In this document: positions 17,025-25,398 of the stretch, piece by piece
Layout of the letters: each line of letters begins with the position of its first letter
Position numbering within the stretch: position 1 is the first letter of the stretch
From: Methanomassiliicoccales archaeon
GTDB taxonomy: Archaea; Thermoplasmatota; Thermoplasmata; Methanomassiliicoccales; UBA472
Assembly (NCBI GenBank): GCA_013415865.1
Contig: CP058896.1
Location: forward strand, 971,957-1,035,956
Length of the DNA stretch: 64,000 nucleotides
Direction: 5' to 3'
Program-made: the position numbers and the translations under genes
The notes under the pieces: model-generated
The model's input: only the letters and a program-made list of their open reading frames with translations
The model's database searches: none
What the model was told of the DNA's origin: nothing

Positions 17025-18131
17025 ATGAAATCATTCATCACAGATGCGATGTCAAAGGCGGGGCCTTCTAGCGCCCCAGAGATGATGAGCAGCTATAGGA
17101 GCCCGACCGCGGACGATGAGGAGCTCGAGCGCATACTCATGAGCCTAAAGACCAATGTGAAGATCGTTGGATGTGGTGGCGGGGGATGCAACACCATAAA
17201 CAGGCTTTATGAAGCGAACATCAGGGACGCGGAGCTGTTCGCGCTCAATACCGATGCACAACATCTGCTGATAGTCCGCGCCAACAAGAAGATACTGTTG
17301 GGCCGGAGGAGCACTCGTGGACTTGGTGCTGGCGCATTGCCTCAGGTAGGCGAGGAGGCCGCCCGTGAAGCTGAGGAGGACATACGCAAGGCGCTAACGG
17401 GGGCGGACATCGTCTTTGTGACGGCCGGTCTGGGAGGAGGTACTGGGACAGGGTCTGCCCCTTATGTTGCCCAGATTGCAAAGGACATGGGTGCATTGAC
17501 CGTTGCAATAGTCACATCGCCGTTCAAAGCGGAAGGTGCGATAAGAACTGAGAACTTCGAGTGGGGCCTCGAAAGGTTACGCGGGATCGCTGATACGGTC
17601 ATCGTTGTCCCGAACGAGAAGCTCCTAGAGCTGTGCCCCAGGTATTCCCTCAATGCGGCGTTCAAGGTCGCTGATGAGGTCCTGATGAGGGCCATCAAGG
17701 GCATCACCGAGCTCATAACCAAGCCAGGACTGGTAAACCTGGACTTCAATGACCTTAGGACGATCATGAAGGGCGCAGGGGTCGCCATGATCGGGATGGG
17801 CGAGGGCGAGGATGACGACAAGGTCGAACAGGCGGTCAGTGAAGCGATCAACTCCCCGCTCATCGACGTCGACATCACAGGAGCTAGCGGCGCCCTCATA
17901 AATGTCACCGGCGGCGAGGACATGACGGTCAGCGAGGCTGAGAAGGTCGCCGAGATAATTCAGTCCAAGATCAACCCGAACGCCAGGATCATCTGGGGGG
18001 CGTCCATCGATCCATCCCTTGAGAACAAGATGAGGGTGATGGTGGTCGTCACCGGTGTCAAATCCAAATATGTCCTTGGACATAAAGAAGGACAGGCCCA
18101 GAAGGTGATGGGGGTAGACTTCATTAAGTGA
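17025..18131 (+). CDS. ftsZ: Cell division GTPase FtsZ (copy b, in the conserved ftsZ-secE-spt5-rpl11 synteny)
   Basis: ORF track 16935..18131, trimmed to ATG 17025 ([11 protein letters not shown]...) with a GGGGAG SD 8 nt upstream. Contains [27 protein letters not shown] and NLDFNDL. Confidence 0.93.
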   Translation: MKSFITDAMSKAGPSSAPEMMSSYRSPTADDEELERILMSLKTNVKIVGCGGGGCNTINRLYEANIRDAELFALNTDAQHLLIVRANKKILLGRRSTRGLGAGALPQVGEEAAREAEEDIRKALTGADIVFVTAGLGGGTGTGSAPYVAQIAKDMGALTVAIVTSPFKAEGAIRTENFEWGLERLRGIADTVIVVPNEKLLELCPRYSLNAAFKVADEVLMRAIKGITELITKPGLVNLDFNDLRTIMKGAGVAMIGMGEGEDDDKVEQAVSEAINSPLIDVDITGASGALINVTGGEDMTVSEAEKVAEIIQSKINPNARIIWGASIDPSLENKMRVMVVVTGVKSKYVLGHKEGQAQKVMGVDFIK

Positions 18132-18146
18132 GCCCTGTCCGAAAGA

Positions 18147-18162
18147 AAATTTAATTAAATAG
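18147..18162 (+). promoter_or_regulatory. TATA-like element upstream of secE
   Basis: aaatttaattaaatag lies about 40 nt upstream of the secE ATG (18198). Confidence 0.4.
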
Positions 18163-18197
18163 TATCTATTAGGGCCGCAGTCACAGAGCGTAGACCG

Positions 18198-18413
18198 ATG
18201 GACATAATCGAGAAATCCCAGGAGGTCCAAGACGGGATCGAAGAGAGGGTCAGGAACCTCGGGAAGGGCAAGTATGGGCGCGTCCTGAAGATGGCGCGCA
18301 GGCCCACCAACGACGAGTATTCCAAGATCGTCCTGATAACTGGCATAGGCATAGTCCTGATTGGATTGCTAGGTTTCGCCATATATTGGATATGGAAGTC
18401 CGTCTCGCCTTGA
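18198..18413 (+). CDS. secE: Preprotein translocase subunit SecE / Sec61-gamma
   Basis: ORF track (71 aa). It has a single C-terminal TM (IVLITGIGIVLIGLLGFAIYWIW) and the conserved position before spt5. Confidence 0.85.
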   Translation: MDIIEKSQEVQDGIEERVRNLGKGKYGRVLKMARRPTNDEYSKIVLITGIGIVLIGLLGFAIYWIWKSVSP

Positions 18414-18414
18414 C

Positions 18415-19335
18415 ATGGCGGAAGGATGTTACGCTCACAAACGAGGTTTGATCATGAATCAAGACGCGGACCAGCAGGCAGCCCCAATATCGACGCGCGG
18501 TGGAAGCGTGGTCATGAGCGGAGAGAGCGGAAGGCTCAACGTCACGGCCGGAAGCGTCGCTAACTGGAACATACAGATCAGAACAGAGGACGCTGCCAAG
18601 AAGAACGTTGTGGTGCGCGTGAACATCAACTACGAACCAGGCGCGCCCGAATGGGATGTAAAGCTCTCCGATAGGATGGACGTGCTTTACGACTCGGCCT
18701 CACTTGGTGAACCGGTAGTGAAGCTTCAGCTTGACAACCGCCCGAAGGACCTCAAGCTGAGCGCCGAGGCGCCACGCGGTGCCAGGATAGATGATGTCGT
18801 AAAGATATCATTGGAGGCCTTCCCTGAAGGGGACGCGTCATCGATTAGCAGGATGGAATTCTCGGCCTATGCTGTCCCTTCCGTCCTGATCCTAAAGACC
18901 TCGATAGGTCATGAGAGAAATGTTGCAGATGGCGTTGCAAGCAAGGCCAAGGCCGCGAAAGACCTTGGTAACAGCCTTGGCATATTCGCCATCTTGGCCC
19001 CTGAGAAGCTGGACGGGTATGTGATCGTTGAAGGGATGAACACAGACCTTGTTCGCGAGACGGTCCGAGGGGTACGGAAATCAAAGGGACTGGTAGAGGG
19101 AGAGACCAAGTTCAGCGAGATAGAGCACTTCCTGACGCCGAAGCCGCTGGTTTCTGGTATAATGGAGGGTGATGTCGTCGAGCTGGTGGCCGGACCGTTC
19201 AAGGGAGAGAAGGCCAGGGTCCAGAAGATCGATGAGAGTAAAGAGGAGATCACGGTGGAGCTCTTTGAGGCGCTGGTACCGATCCCAGTGACCGTCCGCG
19301 GAGACCATGTGAGGGTCCTCGAGAAGGAGAAGTGA
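18415..19335 (+). CDS. spt5: Transcription elongation factor Spt5 (NusG family) with an in-frame N-terminal extension of about 146 aa
   Basis: ORF track (306 aa). Residues from about 147 onward ([25 protein letters not shown] ... [22 protein letters not shown]...) form a normal NGN+KOW Spt5. The upstream 438 nt are open in the same frame starting 1 nt after the secE stop. The canonical-length alternative start is ATG 18853. Confidence 0.85.
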   Translation: MAEGCYAHKRGLIMNQDADQQAAPISTRGGSVVMSGESGRLNVTAGSVANWNIQIRTEDAAKKNVVVRVNINYEPGAPEWDVKLSDRMDVLYDSASLGEPVVKLQLDNRPKDLKLSAEAPRGARIDDVVKISLEAFPEGDASSISRMEFSAYAVPSVLILKTSIGHERNVADGVASKAKAAKDLGNSLGIFAILAPEKLDGYVIVEGMNTDLVRETVRGVRKSKGLVEGETKFSEIEHFLTPKPLVSGIMEGDVVELVAGPFKGEKARVQKIDESKEEITVELFEALVPIPVTVRGDHVRVLEKEK

Positions 19336-19339
19336 GAAA

Positions 19340-19819
19340 ATGCCAGAAACGATCGAGGTGCTGGTGGATGGCGGCAAGGCCACACCAGGTCCGCCGCTCG
19401 GGCCCGCATTGGGACCGACGGGGATCAACGTTGTACAAGTAGTGCAGAAGATCAACGAGAAGACAAAGGACTTCGCCGGCATGAAGGTCCCGGTCAAGGT
19501 CATCATCGACCCTAAGAACAAGTCGTTCGAGATCAAGGTCGGAACGCCACCGACCTCCGCCCTCCTCTTCAAGGAGCTTGGCATCGAGAAGGGCTCAGGG
19601 GCTCCCAAGGTGACCAAGGCAGGGAACATAACGATAGAGCAGGCCATCAAGGTCGCCGAGATGAAGAAGGACAGTCTCATGGGTAAGGACCTGAAGAACC
19701 GCGTCCTGGAGGTAATCGGCACTGCTGTCTCCTGCGGCATCACCATCGAGGGCAAGGACCCCAAGGAGATGCAGAAGGAGATAAAGGATGGAAAGTGGGA
19801 TGCCAAGTTGGTCGGATAA
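19340..19819 (+). CDS. rpl11: 50S ribosomal protein L11
   Basis: ORF track (159 aa). Contains [21 protein letters not shown]. Confidence 0.95.
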   Translation: MPETIEVLVDGGKATPGPPLGPALGPTGINVVQVVQKINEKTKDFAGMKVPVKVIIDPKNKSFEIKVGTPPTSALLFKELGIEKGSGAPKVTKAGNITIEQAIKVAEMKKDSLMGKDLKNRVLEVIGTAVSCGITIEGKDPKEMQKEIKDGKWDAKLVG

Positions 19820-19845
19820 ACGCCATCCCATCCAATACCTTTATA

Positions 19846-19920
19846 AACGGTAGTCCCCTTAAGGGGGGCGCCGTACTGTAGGAGGGCCAAGGGCCCGCAA
19901 GGACTACAGGAGGGATAGAA
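19846..19920 (+). promoter_or_regulatory. Structured leader of the rpl1-rplP0-rpl12 operon (candidate L1 autoregulatory mRNA site); a TATA-like tttataaa precedes it at 19840..19847
   Basis: Nested stems read directly: CTGTAG/CTACAG (19876..19881 with 19904..19909) encloses GGGCC/GGCCC. An alternative 7-bp pairing is GTAGTCC (19850..19856) with GGACTAC (19901..19907). The GGAGG SD (19909..19913) abuts the stems. Confidence 0.4.
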
Positions 19921-20559
19921 TTGGTAGAAAAGACGACACTTGCGGCCGTCAAGGAAGTGCTGGAGAAATCTCCTAAGCGCAATTTTCGTGAGACGGTCGA
20001 CCTATCGATAAACCTGAAGGACGTTGACCTGTCCATCCCAAAGAACAGGATACAGGAGGACGTCATTCTGCCCCACGGTAGGGGCCGCGACATCAAGGTC
20101 TGCGTCATCGGTGGCGGAGAGCTCGCCATGAAGGCACGCGGGGTCGCGGACAAGGTCATAATGCCCGAGGAGCTCGGGACGCTCGCCGACGATAAAAAGG
20201 CGGCAAAGAAGATCGCCAATGAGATGGATTTCTTCATTGCGGAGGCGACTTTGATGCCCACTGTCGGTAAGAGGCTAGGTATCGTTCTCGCCCCGAGGGG
20301 CAAGATGCCCAAGCCTATCGCACCAGGTGCTGACCCAAGACCTTTGGTCGAGAACCTGCGCAAGAGCGTCACGGTGCGAAGCAAGGACAAGATGACCTTC
20401 CACACCACGGTAGGGACGACAGCCATGACGCCGGAGGAACTGGCCGAGAACATCGAGCTGGTGCTCAAGCGCATTTCCGCAAAGCTAGAGAAAGGAACGA
20501 TGAACATCAGATCGGTCTACGTCAAGACGACGATGGGACCTTCGAGGAAGATAATGTGA
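19921..20559 (+). CDS. rpl1: 50S ribosomal protein L1
   Basis: ORF track (212 aa). N-terminus AVKEVLEKSPKRNFRETVDLSINLK. TTG start with a GGAGG 9 nt upstream. Confidence 0.93.
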   Translation: MVEKTTLAAVKEVLEKSPKRNFRETVDLSINLKDVDLSIPKNRIQEDVILPHGRGRDIKVCVIGGGELAMKARGVADKVIMPEELGTLADDKKAAKKIANEMDFFIAEATLMPTVGKRLGIVLAPRGKMPKPIAPGADPRPLVENLRKSVTVRSKDKMTFHTTVGTTAMTPEELAENIELVLKRISAKLEKGTMNIRSVYVKTTMGPSRKIM

Positions 20560-20569
20560 GGTGAGCTGA

Positions 20570-21448
20570 ATGGCACACGTTGCAACTTGGAAGAAGGACG
20601 TCGTCAAGGACCTGACCGAACAAATGACCTCGCACCAGGTGGTGGCGGTCGTCAACTTGAGAGGCATCCCGTCCGCACAGCTGCAGAAGATGCGCGCCGA
20701 CCTGAGGAAGGATGCGAACCTCGTGATGACGAGGAACACCCTCATGGACATCGCGATCACCGAGGCTGCAAAGAAGAGGCCTGGCCTGGAGGCCCTGAAG
20801 GAGGTCGTCGACGGGCAATGCGCCATCGTGACCACCGACATGAACCCGTTCAAGCTGTTCAGGGCCATGGAGGCCACCAAGAGCCCCGCGCCAGCAAAGC
20901 CCGGTGATATCGCCCCCGAGGACATCACCATAAAGGCCGGAGAGACGCCCTTCAAGCCGGGCCCGATCGTTGGCGAACTTCAGAAGGTCGGCATTCCGGC
21001 CGGTATCGAGAACGGTAAGGTCGTGTTCAAGAAGGACAAGGTCTTGGTGGAGAAAGGAAAGCCGGTACCTGACGATATCGCCAAGGTACTGCCACGCCTG
21101 GAGATATTCCCAATGACCGTTGGTCTTGACCTGATGGCGGCCTTCGAGGACGGTCTCTTGTACCGCAGGGACGTGCTGAACATCCCGGCGGACTACTACA
21201 CGACGATGCTGTCCACCGCTAGCAGGAACGCGCTCGCTCTGAGCATGCATATCGCATATGTCACGCCGCAGACGATCACACCGCTGCTCGCCAAGGCGTA
21301 CCGCGAAGCGATGGCCCTGAGCGTAGAGGCCGCGTACCCGACAAAAGATAACATCAAGATCCTCCTGGCCAAGGCCGATGCACAAATGGCAGCTCTGGCC
21401 CGAAAGACCGATGGGTTGGAGGATGAACGCCTCAAGAAGAGGATCTAA
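20570..21448 (+). CDS. rplP0: 50S ribosomal protein L10 / acidic protein P0
   Basis: ORF track (292 aa). Position between L1 and L12, with P0-like sequence. Confidence 0.92.
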   Translation: MAHVATWKKDVVKDLTEQMTSHQVVAVVNLRGIPSAQLQKMRADLRKDANLVMTRNTLMDIAITEAAKKRPGLEALKEVVDGQCAIVTTDMNPFKLFRAMEATKSPAPAKPGDIAPEDITIKAGETPFKPGPIVGELQKVGIPAGIENGKVVFKKDKVLVEKGKPVPDDIAKVLPRLEIFPMTVGLDLMAAFEDGLLYRRDVLNIPADYYTTMLSTASRNALALSMHIAYVTPQTITPLLAKAYREAMALSVEAAYPTKDNIKILLAKADAQMAALARKTDGLEDERLKKRI

Positions 21449-21479
21449 GGATAGAGCAGAATAATAAGGAGGTAAAAAA

Positions 21480-21788
21480 ATGGAGTACATATACAGCGCC
21501 CTGGTTCTTCACGCCGCTGGTAAGCAGATTTCCGAGGACGCCGTCGCTGCCGTATTGAAGGCCGCCGGCGTCGAGGCCGATGCCGCTAAGGTAAAGGCCT
21601 TGACCGCATCCCTCGAGGGTGTCAACATCGATGAGGCGATCGCCTCCGCGATGGTTGCCGCCGCCCCTGCCGCAGCCCCGGCCGCCGCCGGTGCAGCACC
21701 TGCCGCTGAGCCAAAGAAGGAAGAGAAGAAGGAGGAGGCCGTTTCCGAGGAAGAGGCCGCCGCTGGACTCTCTGCCCTCTTCGGCTGA
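21480..21788 (+). CDS. rpl12: 50S ribosomal stalk protein L12 / P1
   Basis: ORF track (102 aa). Ala/Pro hinge, a KKEEKKEE stretch and the conserved C-terminal GLSALFG. Confidence 0.95.
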   Translation: MEYIYSALVLHAAGKQISEDAVAAVLKAAGVEADAAKVKALTASLEGVNIDEAIASAMVAAAPAAAPAAAGAAPAAEPKKEEKKEEAVSEEEAAAGLSALFG

Positions 21789-21814
21789 AGCCTATCAGGC
21801 GACGCGCCGACCTT

Positions 21815-21856
21815 GGGGCATCATGCCCCGGAAAACCATTTACCATTCTTTGTTTT
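21815..21856 (+). terminator. Hairpin plus T-rich tract after rpl12
   Basis: GGGGCA-TCA-TGCCCC (21815..21829) is followed by ttctttgtttt (21846..21856). Confidence 0.5.
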
Positions 21857-22119
21857 GACTCCACAGATGCATTGAACCGATCAAATGATTACACCTTTTG
21901 CTGCTGAAACGACGTATCAAGCCTGTTAGGGCCTCCGCTTTGGGCCAGCTCATATTGGTGAGGCCCTATGGTCCGAACAAGAGGGCCCAATGATTCCTTC
22001 TATTTCGAGCTCGGACGCCCGCCTGATATCGTTTCCTTGACGACCTACTTTATTACCAGATGAGTGTTGCCGCCCTTGTCCAAGAAGACATTATATAATC
22101 ACATGGTTTTTTCAAGGGC

Positions 22120-23079
22120 ATGTCCCTCAAACTCGGGGAGATCTATCGCTTGGCCATTGAAAAGGGGATGGAGAACGACGTCCGCACCAAGGAGGAGATC
22201 GCTTCTGACCTCGCACGGGTCCAGAAGAGATATGAAAAGATGGACGTCAAGGAAAAGGACCGTTTTGACACGGACGCGCTATGGAACCCCTATGCGGACT
22301 GCCGGGTCCTCTTTGGGGACCTTGAGAAGGAGGTCAGGACCGTCCTTTGGGGCATCGACATCGCGACCCCGGAGGTCCTTCTGGCCGACCGCCTGAGGGA
22401 GAAGGGAAGAAGGATAGACGCTCTGATAAGCCATCATCCCATCGGAAGGGCAAGGGCCAGGTTGCATGAGGCGATGCCGGTGCTCGAATACCTTATGCGC
22501 TCTGCTGGGGTCCCGATCACTACGGCCGAGGACATCCTCGGGCCGAGGATGAGGGAGATCCGCAATCTTACGGCCGTTGACAATCATATGCAGACGATAG
22601 ATGCGGCTAGACTGTTGGACATACCATTGATGTGCCTGCACTCTTGCACCGACAATCTTGTGCAGAGGTTCATAGAGAAGCTGGTGGAAGAAAGAAGGCC
22701 AGAAAGGATCGAGGATATCCTCGAGCTTCTGCTGGAGCTTCCAGAGTTCGATCGCATGGCACGGAACGGGAACGGCCCTGAGGTCTATGTCGGGGACAGA
22801 GGAAGGCGTGCTGGGAAGATCATGGTCAAGATGTGCGGCGGGACCTCTGGCCCTAAGGAGATGTTCGAAGAGCTCTCGGACGCTGGCGTCGGAACCTACA
22901 TGTGCATGCACCTCCCTGAGAACCAGCTCGAGGAGGCAAAGAAACATCATATCAATATCATCATTACAGGTCATGAGGCCTCGGACTCGCTAGGAGTCAA
23001 TCTTCTGGCGGACGAGGTCGAGGCCAGAGGGGTGGAGGTCGTCCCGTTCTCAGGGTTGATCAGGGTGAAGAGGAATTGA
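22120..23079 (+). CDS. NIF3-family (dinuclear metal centre) protein
   Basis: ORF track (319 aa). NIF3-like blocks are present (WGIDIATPEVLLA, ALISHHPIG, GHEASDSLG). Its stop overlaps the orc1 TTG start. Confidence 0.6.
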   Translation: MSLKLGEIYRLAIEKGMENDVRTKEEIASDLARVQKRYEKMDVKEKDRFDTDALWNPYADCRVLFGDLEKEVRTVLWGIDIATPEVLLADRLREKGRRIDALISHHPIGRARARLHEAMPVLEYLMRSAGVPITTAEDILGPRMREIRNLTAVDNHMQTIDAARLLDIPLMCLHSCTDNLVQRFIEKLVEERRPERIEDILELLLELPEFDRMARNGNGPEVYVGDRGRRAGKIMVKMCGGTSGPKEMFEELSDAGVGTYMCMHLPENQLEEAKKHHINIIITGHEASDSLGVNLLADEVEARGVEVVPFSGLIRVKRN

Positions 23080-24245
23080 GCTCAAAACTTAAGCGGCATG
23101 GTAGGGTCTTCAAGGACCAGTCGAAGCTTTCCTTCGATTATGTACCTGAAAGGCTGGTCCATCGTGAAAAGCAATTGGAGATATTGAGCTCCATCTTCAG
23201 ACCGGTCCTGGAGGGACAGATGTCCCAGACCGCCATGCTCGTGGGCAGCGTCGGGACGGGCAAGACGGCGACGACGAAAAGGTTCTGCCTTGATGCGCAG
23301 AGGGCATCTGAGGGGTCGGGGCGCGCCATCGATTTCATCATCGTGAACTGCAGACAAAGGAGCTCTGAGAATGCCGTCCTCCAGAGGTTGATCGCTCATT
23401 TCGACGACCGCTACCCCGACAGGGGCTTCTCGACCGCTGAGATGCTCAGGGCGATCGCGAAACACATCGAAAAGAGAAAGATACACCTGATAGTCGTCCT
23501 GGACGAGGCGGACGTCCTTGTGAGAAGGGGTGCCTCGGACCTCATCTACCAATTGTCGCGGTTCGATGAGGAGAAGATCTGCCCAAGGCCATCGCTCTCC
23601 CTGATCCTGATCTCCCAAAAATATGTGCTTGACATGCTGGACCAGGCGGCGGTCTCGACTTTCCGCCGAGCGAACGCCATCCGCTTTGAGAGATACAGCT
23701 CTCAGGAGCTGAAGGACATTGTGAGCTCCAGGGCGGAACTGGCCCTGTTCCCAGGTTCGATCGATGATGGCCCCGTCCAACTTATCGCCGATATCGCCTC
23801 AGAGTTCGGTGATGCAAGGTTCGCCATCGAGCTCCTGGAAAAAGCTGGGATGATTGCCGAGGAGGGGGGGCATGATTCCATATTGGCCGAGCACGTACGT
23901 GCAGCGAAGGCGCTCACATATTCCGTGGTCACCGAATCGAAAATAGAAGACCTGGACAGACAAAGAAAGCTGGTCCTTTTGGCCATATGCCGGTCCATGA
24001 AGGACCAGGCCTATGTGACGACCGGGGAGGTCGAGAGGGCATATAAGGTAGTAGCTGAGGAACATGGGGAGAAGGCAAGGGCCCACACGCAGTTCTGGGA
24101 ATATGTACAGGACCTTTCCAACAATGGGCTGATCAGCACGAAGGTCACGGGAGACCCGTCGGGAGGTAGGACGACATACATCTCATTGCCAGATATTCCT
24201 GCGAAGGTCCTCGCCGAAAAATTGGAGTCCGTGCTGCGGCCGTGA
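23076..24245 (+). CDS. orc1: Orc1/Cdc6 replication initiator
   Basis: ORF track (389 aa). Contains LSFDYVPERLVHREKQLEIL, Walker A GSVGTGKT, Walker B VVLDEAD and a C-terminal winged helix. The TTG start overlaps the NIF3 stop (TTGA). Confidence 0.92.
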   Translation: MSSKLKRHGRVFKDQSKLSFDYVPERLVHREKQLEILSSIFRPVLEGQMSQTAMLVGSVGTGKTATTKRFCLDAQRASEGSGRAIDFIIVNCRQRSSENAVLQRLIAHFDDRYPDRGFSTAEMLRAIAKHIEKRKIHLIVVLDEADVLVRRGASDLIYQLSRFDEEKICPRPSLSLILISQKYVLDMLDQAAVSTFRRANAIRFERYSSQELKDIVSSRAELALFPGSIDDGPVQLIADIASEFGDARFAIELLEKAGMIAEEGGHDSILAEHVRAAKALTYSVVTESKIEDLDRQRKLVLLAICRSMKDQAYVTTGEVERAYKVVAEEHGEKARAHTQFWEYVQDLSNNGLISTKVTGDPSGGRTTYISLPDIPAKVLAEKLESVLRP

Positions 24246-24293
24246 GTAAGAAAACTATACATGGACCGTCGTGCCATCGGTCAGTGTGATGAT

Positions 24294-25394
24294 ATGAGGA
24301 GGACCCCGCTCTACGAGGAGCATCTGGCATCAGGGGCCAGGATGGTCGATTTCGCAGGTTGGGAGATGCCGATACAGTACCAAGGCATAATCGACGAACA
24401 TCTGGCCATCAGGTCAAGGGCCGGTATTTTCGATGTGTCCCACATGGGGGACGTCCTTATCTCGGGTCCCAACGCAAAGGACCTCCTTCTCAGGCTCCTC
24501 ACCAACGATATTTCGAAGCTCCCGGTCTGGAAGGCTCTCTATTCACATATATTGAATGAAAGGGGGAAGATAATTGACGACACCATCGTCTATCGGTTGG
24601 GCGAGGAAGAGTACCTGCTCATCCCTAACGCTGCCACGACCGACCGGGTGGTCGAATGGATCGAGGAGCACAGAAGCTCGGAGGTCGTTGAGAACATCTC
24701 GTCCAGGGTCGCATGCATTGCCCTCCAAGGACCGATGGCGGTCAACATATTGCAGAGGCTGACGTCAGAGGATGTCCCCTCCATCTATCATTTCACATGC
24801 AGGTTCCTCGACCTTGGTACGAAGGTGAGCGGGGATGTGATCTGGAACGGAAAGGCCCTGGTCGCCCGGACCGGATACACAGGTGAGGACGGTTTCGAGA
24901 TAATGCTCGACAGCTCTCTCGCAGTGGAGGTCTGGAGGAAACTTCTCTCGGCTGGAAGGCAGGACGGGCTTGTGCCAGCAGGCCTTGGGGCCAGGGACAC
25001 CCTGAGACTGGAGATGGGGTATCTCCTGTCGGGAACGGACTTCGACGGCTCACAGAGCTCTGTCCAGACGGGACCGTCGTGGGTCATCAAATGGGACCAT
25101 GACTTCATAGGGCGCGAGGCCCTGAGGGCAGATGCCGCCAATGGGTCCCTTCCCCGATTGGCCTGCATTCAGCTCGAGTCAAAGGGCATACCTAGACATG
25201 GATACTACATCATGCATGATGGGAAGGTCGTGGGGCATGTGACGTCCGGCACATTCTCTCCATCATTGAGAAGGGGGATTGCGATGGGCTATCTGCCCCC
25301 TGAGCTGGCGAAGGAAGGGCAGGAGGTGGGGATCGCCATCAGGAACGAGAGGGTGCCCGCCAAGGTGGTCAGGCCGCCCTTCCTGAAGAGGTGA
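24294..25394 (+). CDS. gcvT: Glycine cleavage system T protein (aminomethyltransferase)
   Basis: ORF track 24261..25394, with ATG 24294 preferred (MRRTPLYEEH...). Contains GWEMPIQY, FDVSHMG and RTGYTGEDGFE. Confidence 0.9.
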   Translation: MRRTPLYEEHLASGARMVDFAGWEMPIQYQGIIDEHLAIRSRAGIFDVSHMGDVLISGPNAKDLLLRLLTNDISKLPVWKALYSHILNERGKIIDDTIVYRLGEEEYLLIPNAATTDRVVEWIEEHRSSEVVENISSRVACIALQGPMAVNILQRLTSEDVPSIYHFTCRFLDLGTKVSGDVIWNGKALVARTGYTGEDGFEIMLDSSLAVEVWRKLLSAGRQDGLVPAGLGARDTLRLEMGYLLSGTDFDGSQSSVQTGPSWVIKWDHDFIGREALRADAANGSLPRLACIQLESKGIPRHGYYIMHDGKVVGHVTSGTFSPSLRRGIAMGYLPPELAKEGQEVGIAIRNERVPAKVVRPPFLKR

Positions 25395-25398
25395 TCGT

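Noticed and set aside
19081-21490. Long reverse-strand ORFs (269, 255, 322 aa) across spt5-rpl11-rpl1-rplP0
   Set aside because: They are antisense to highly conserved ribosomal protein genes, with Ser/Pro/Arg-rich low-complexity translations. They are not supported.
22279-23780. 231-aa and 232-aa reverse ORFs over the NIF3 and orc1 genes
   Set aside because: Shadow ORFs. The forward frames have clear Walker A/B and NIF3 motifs.
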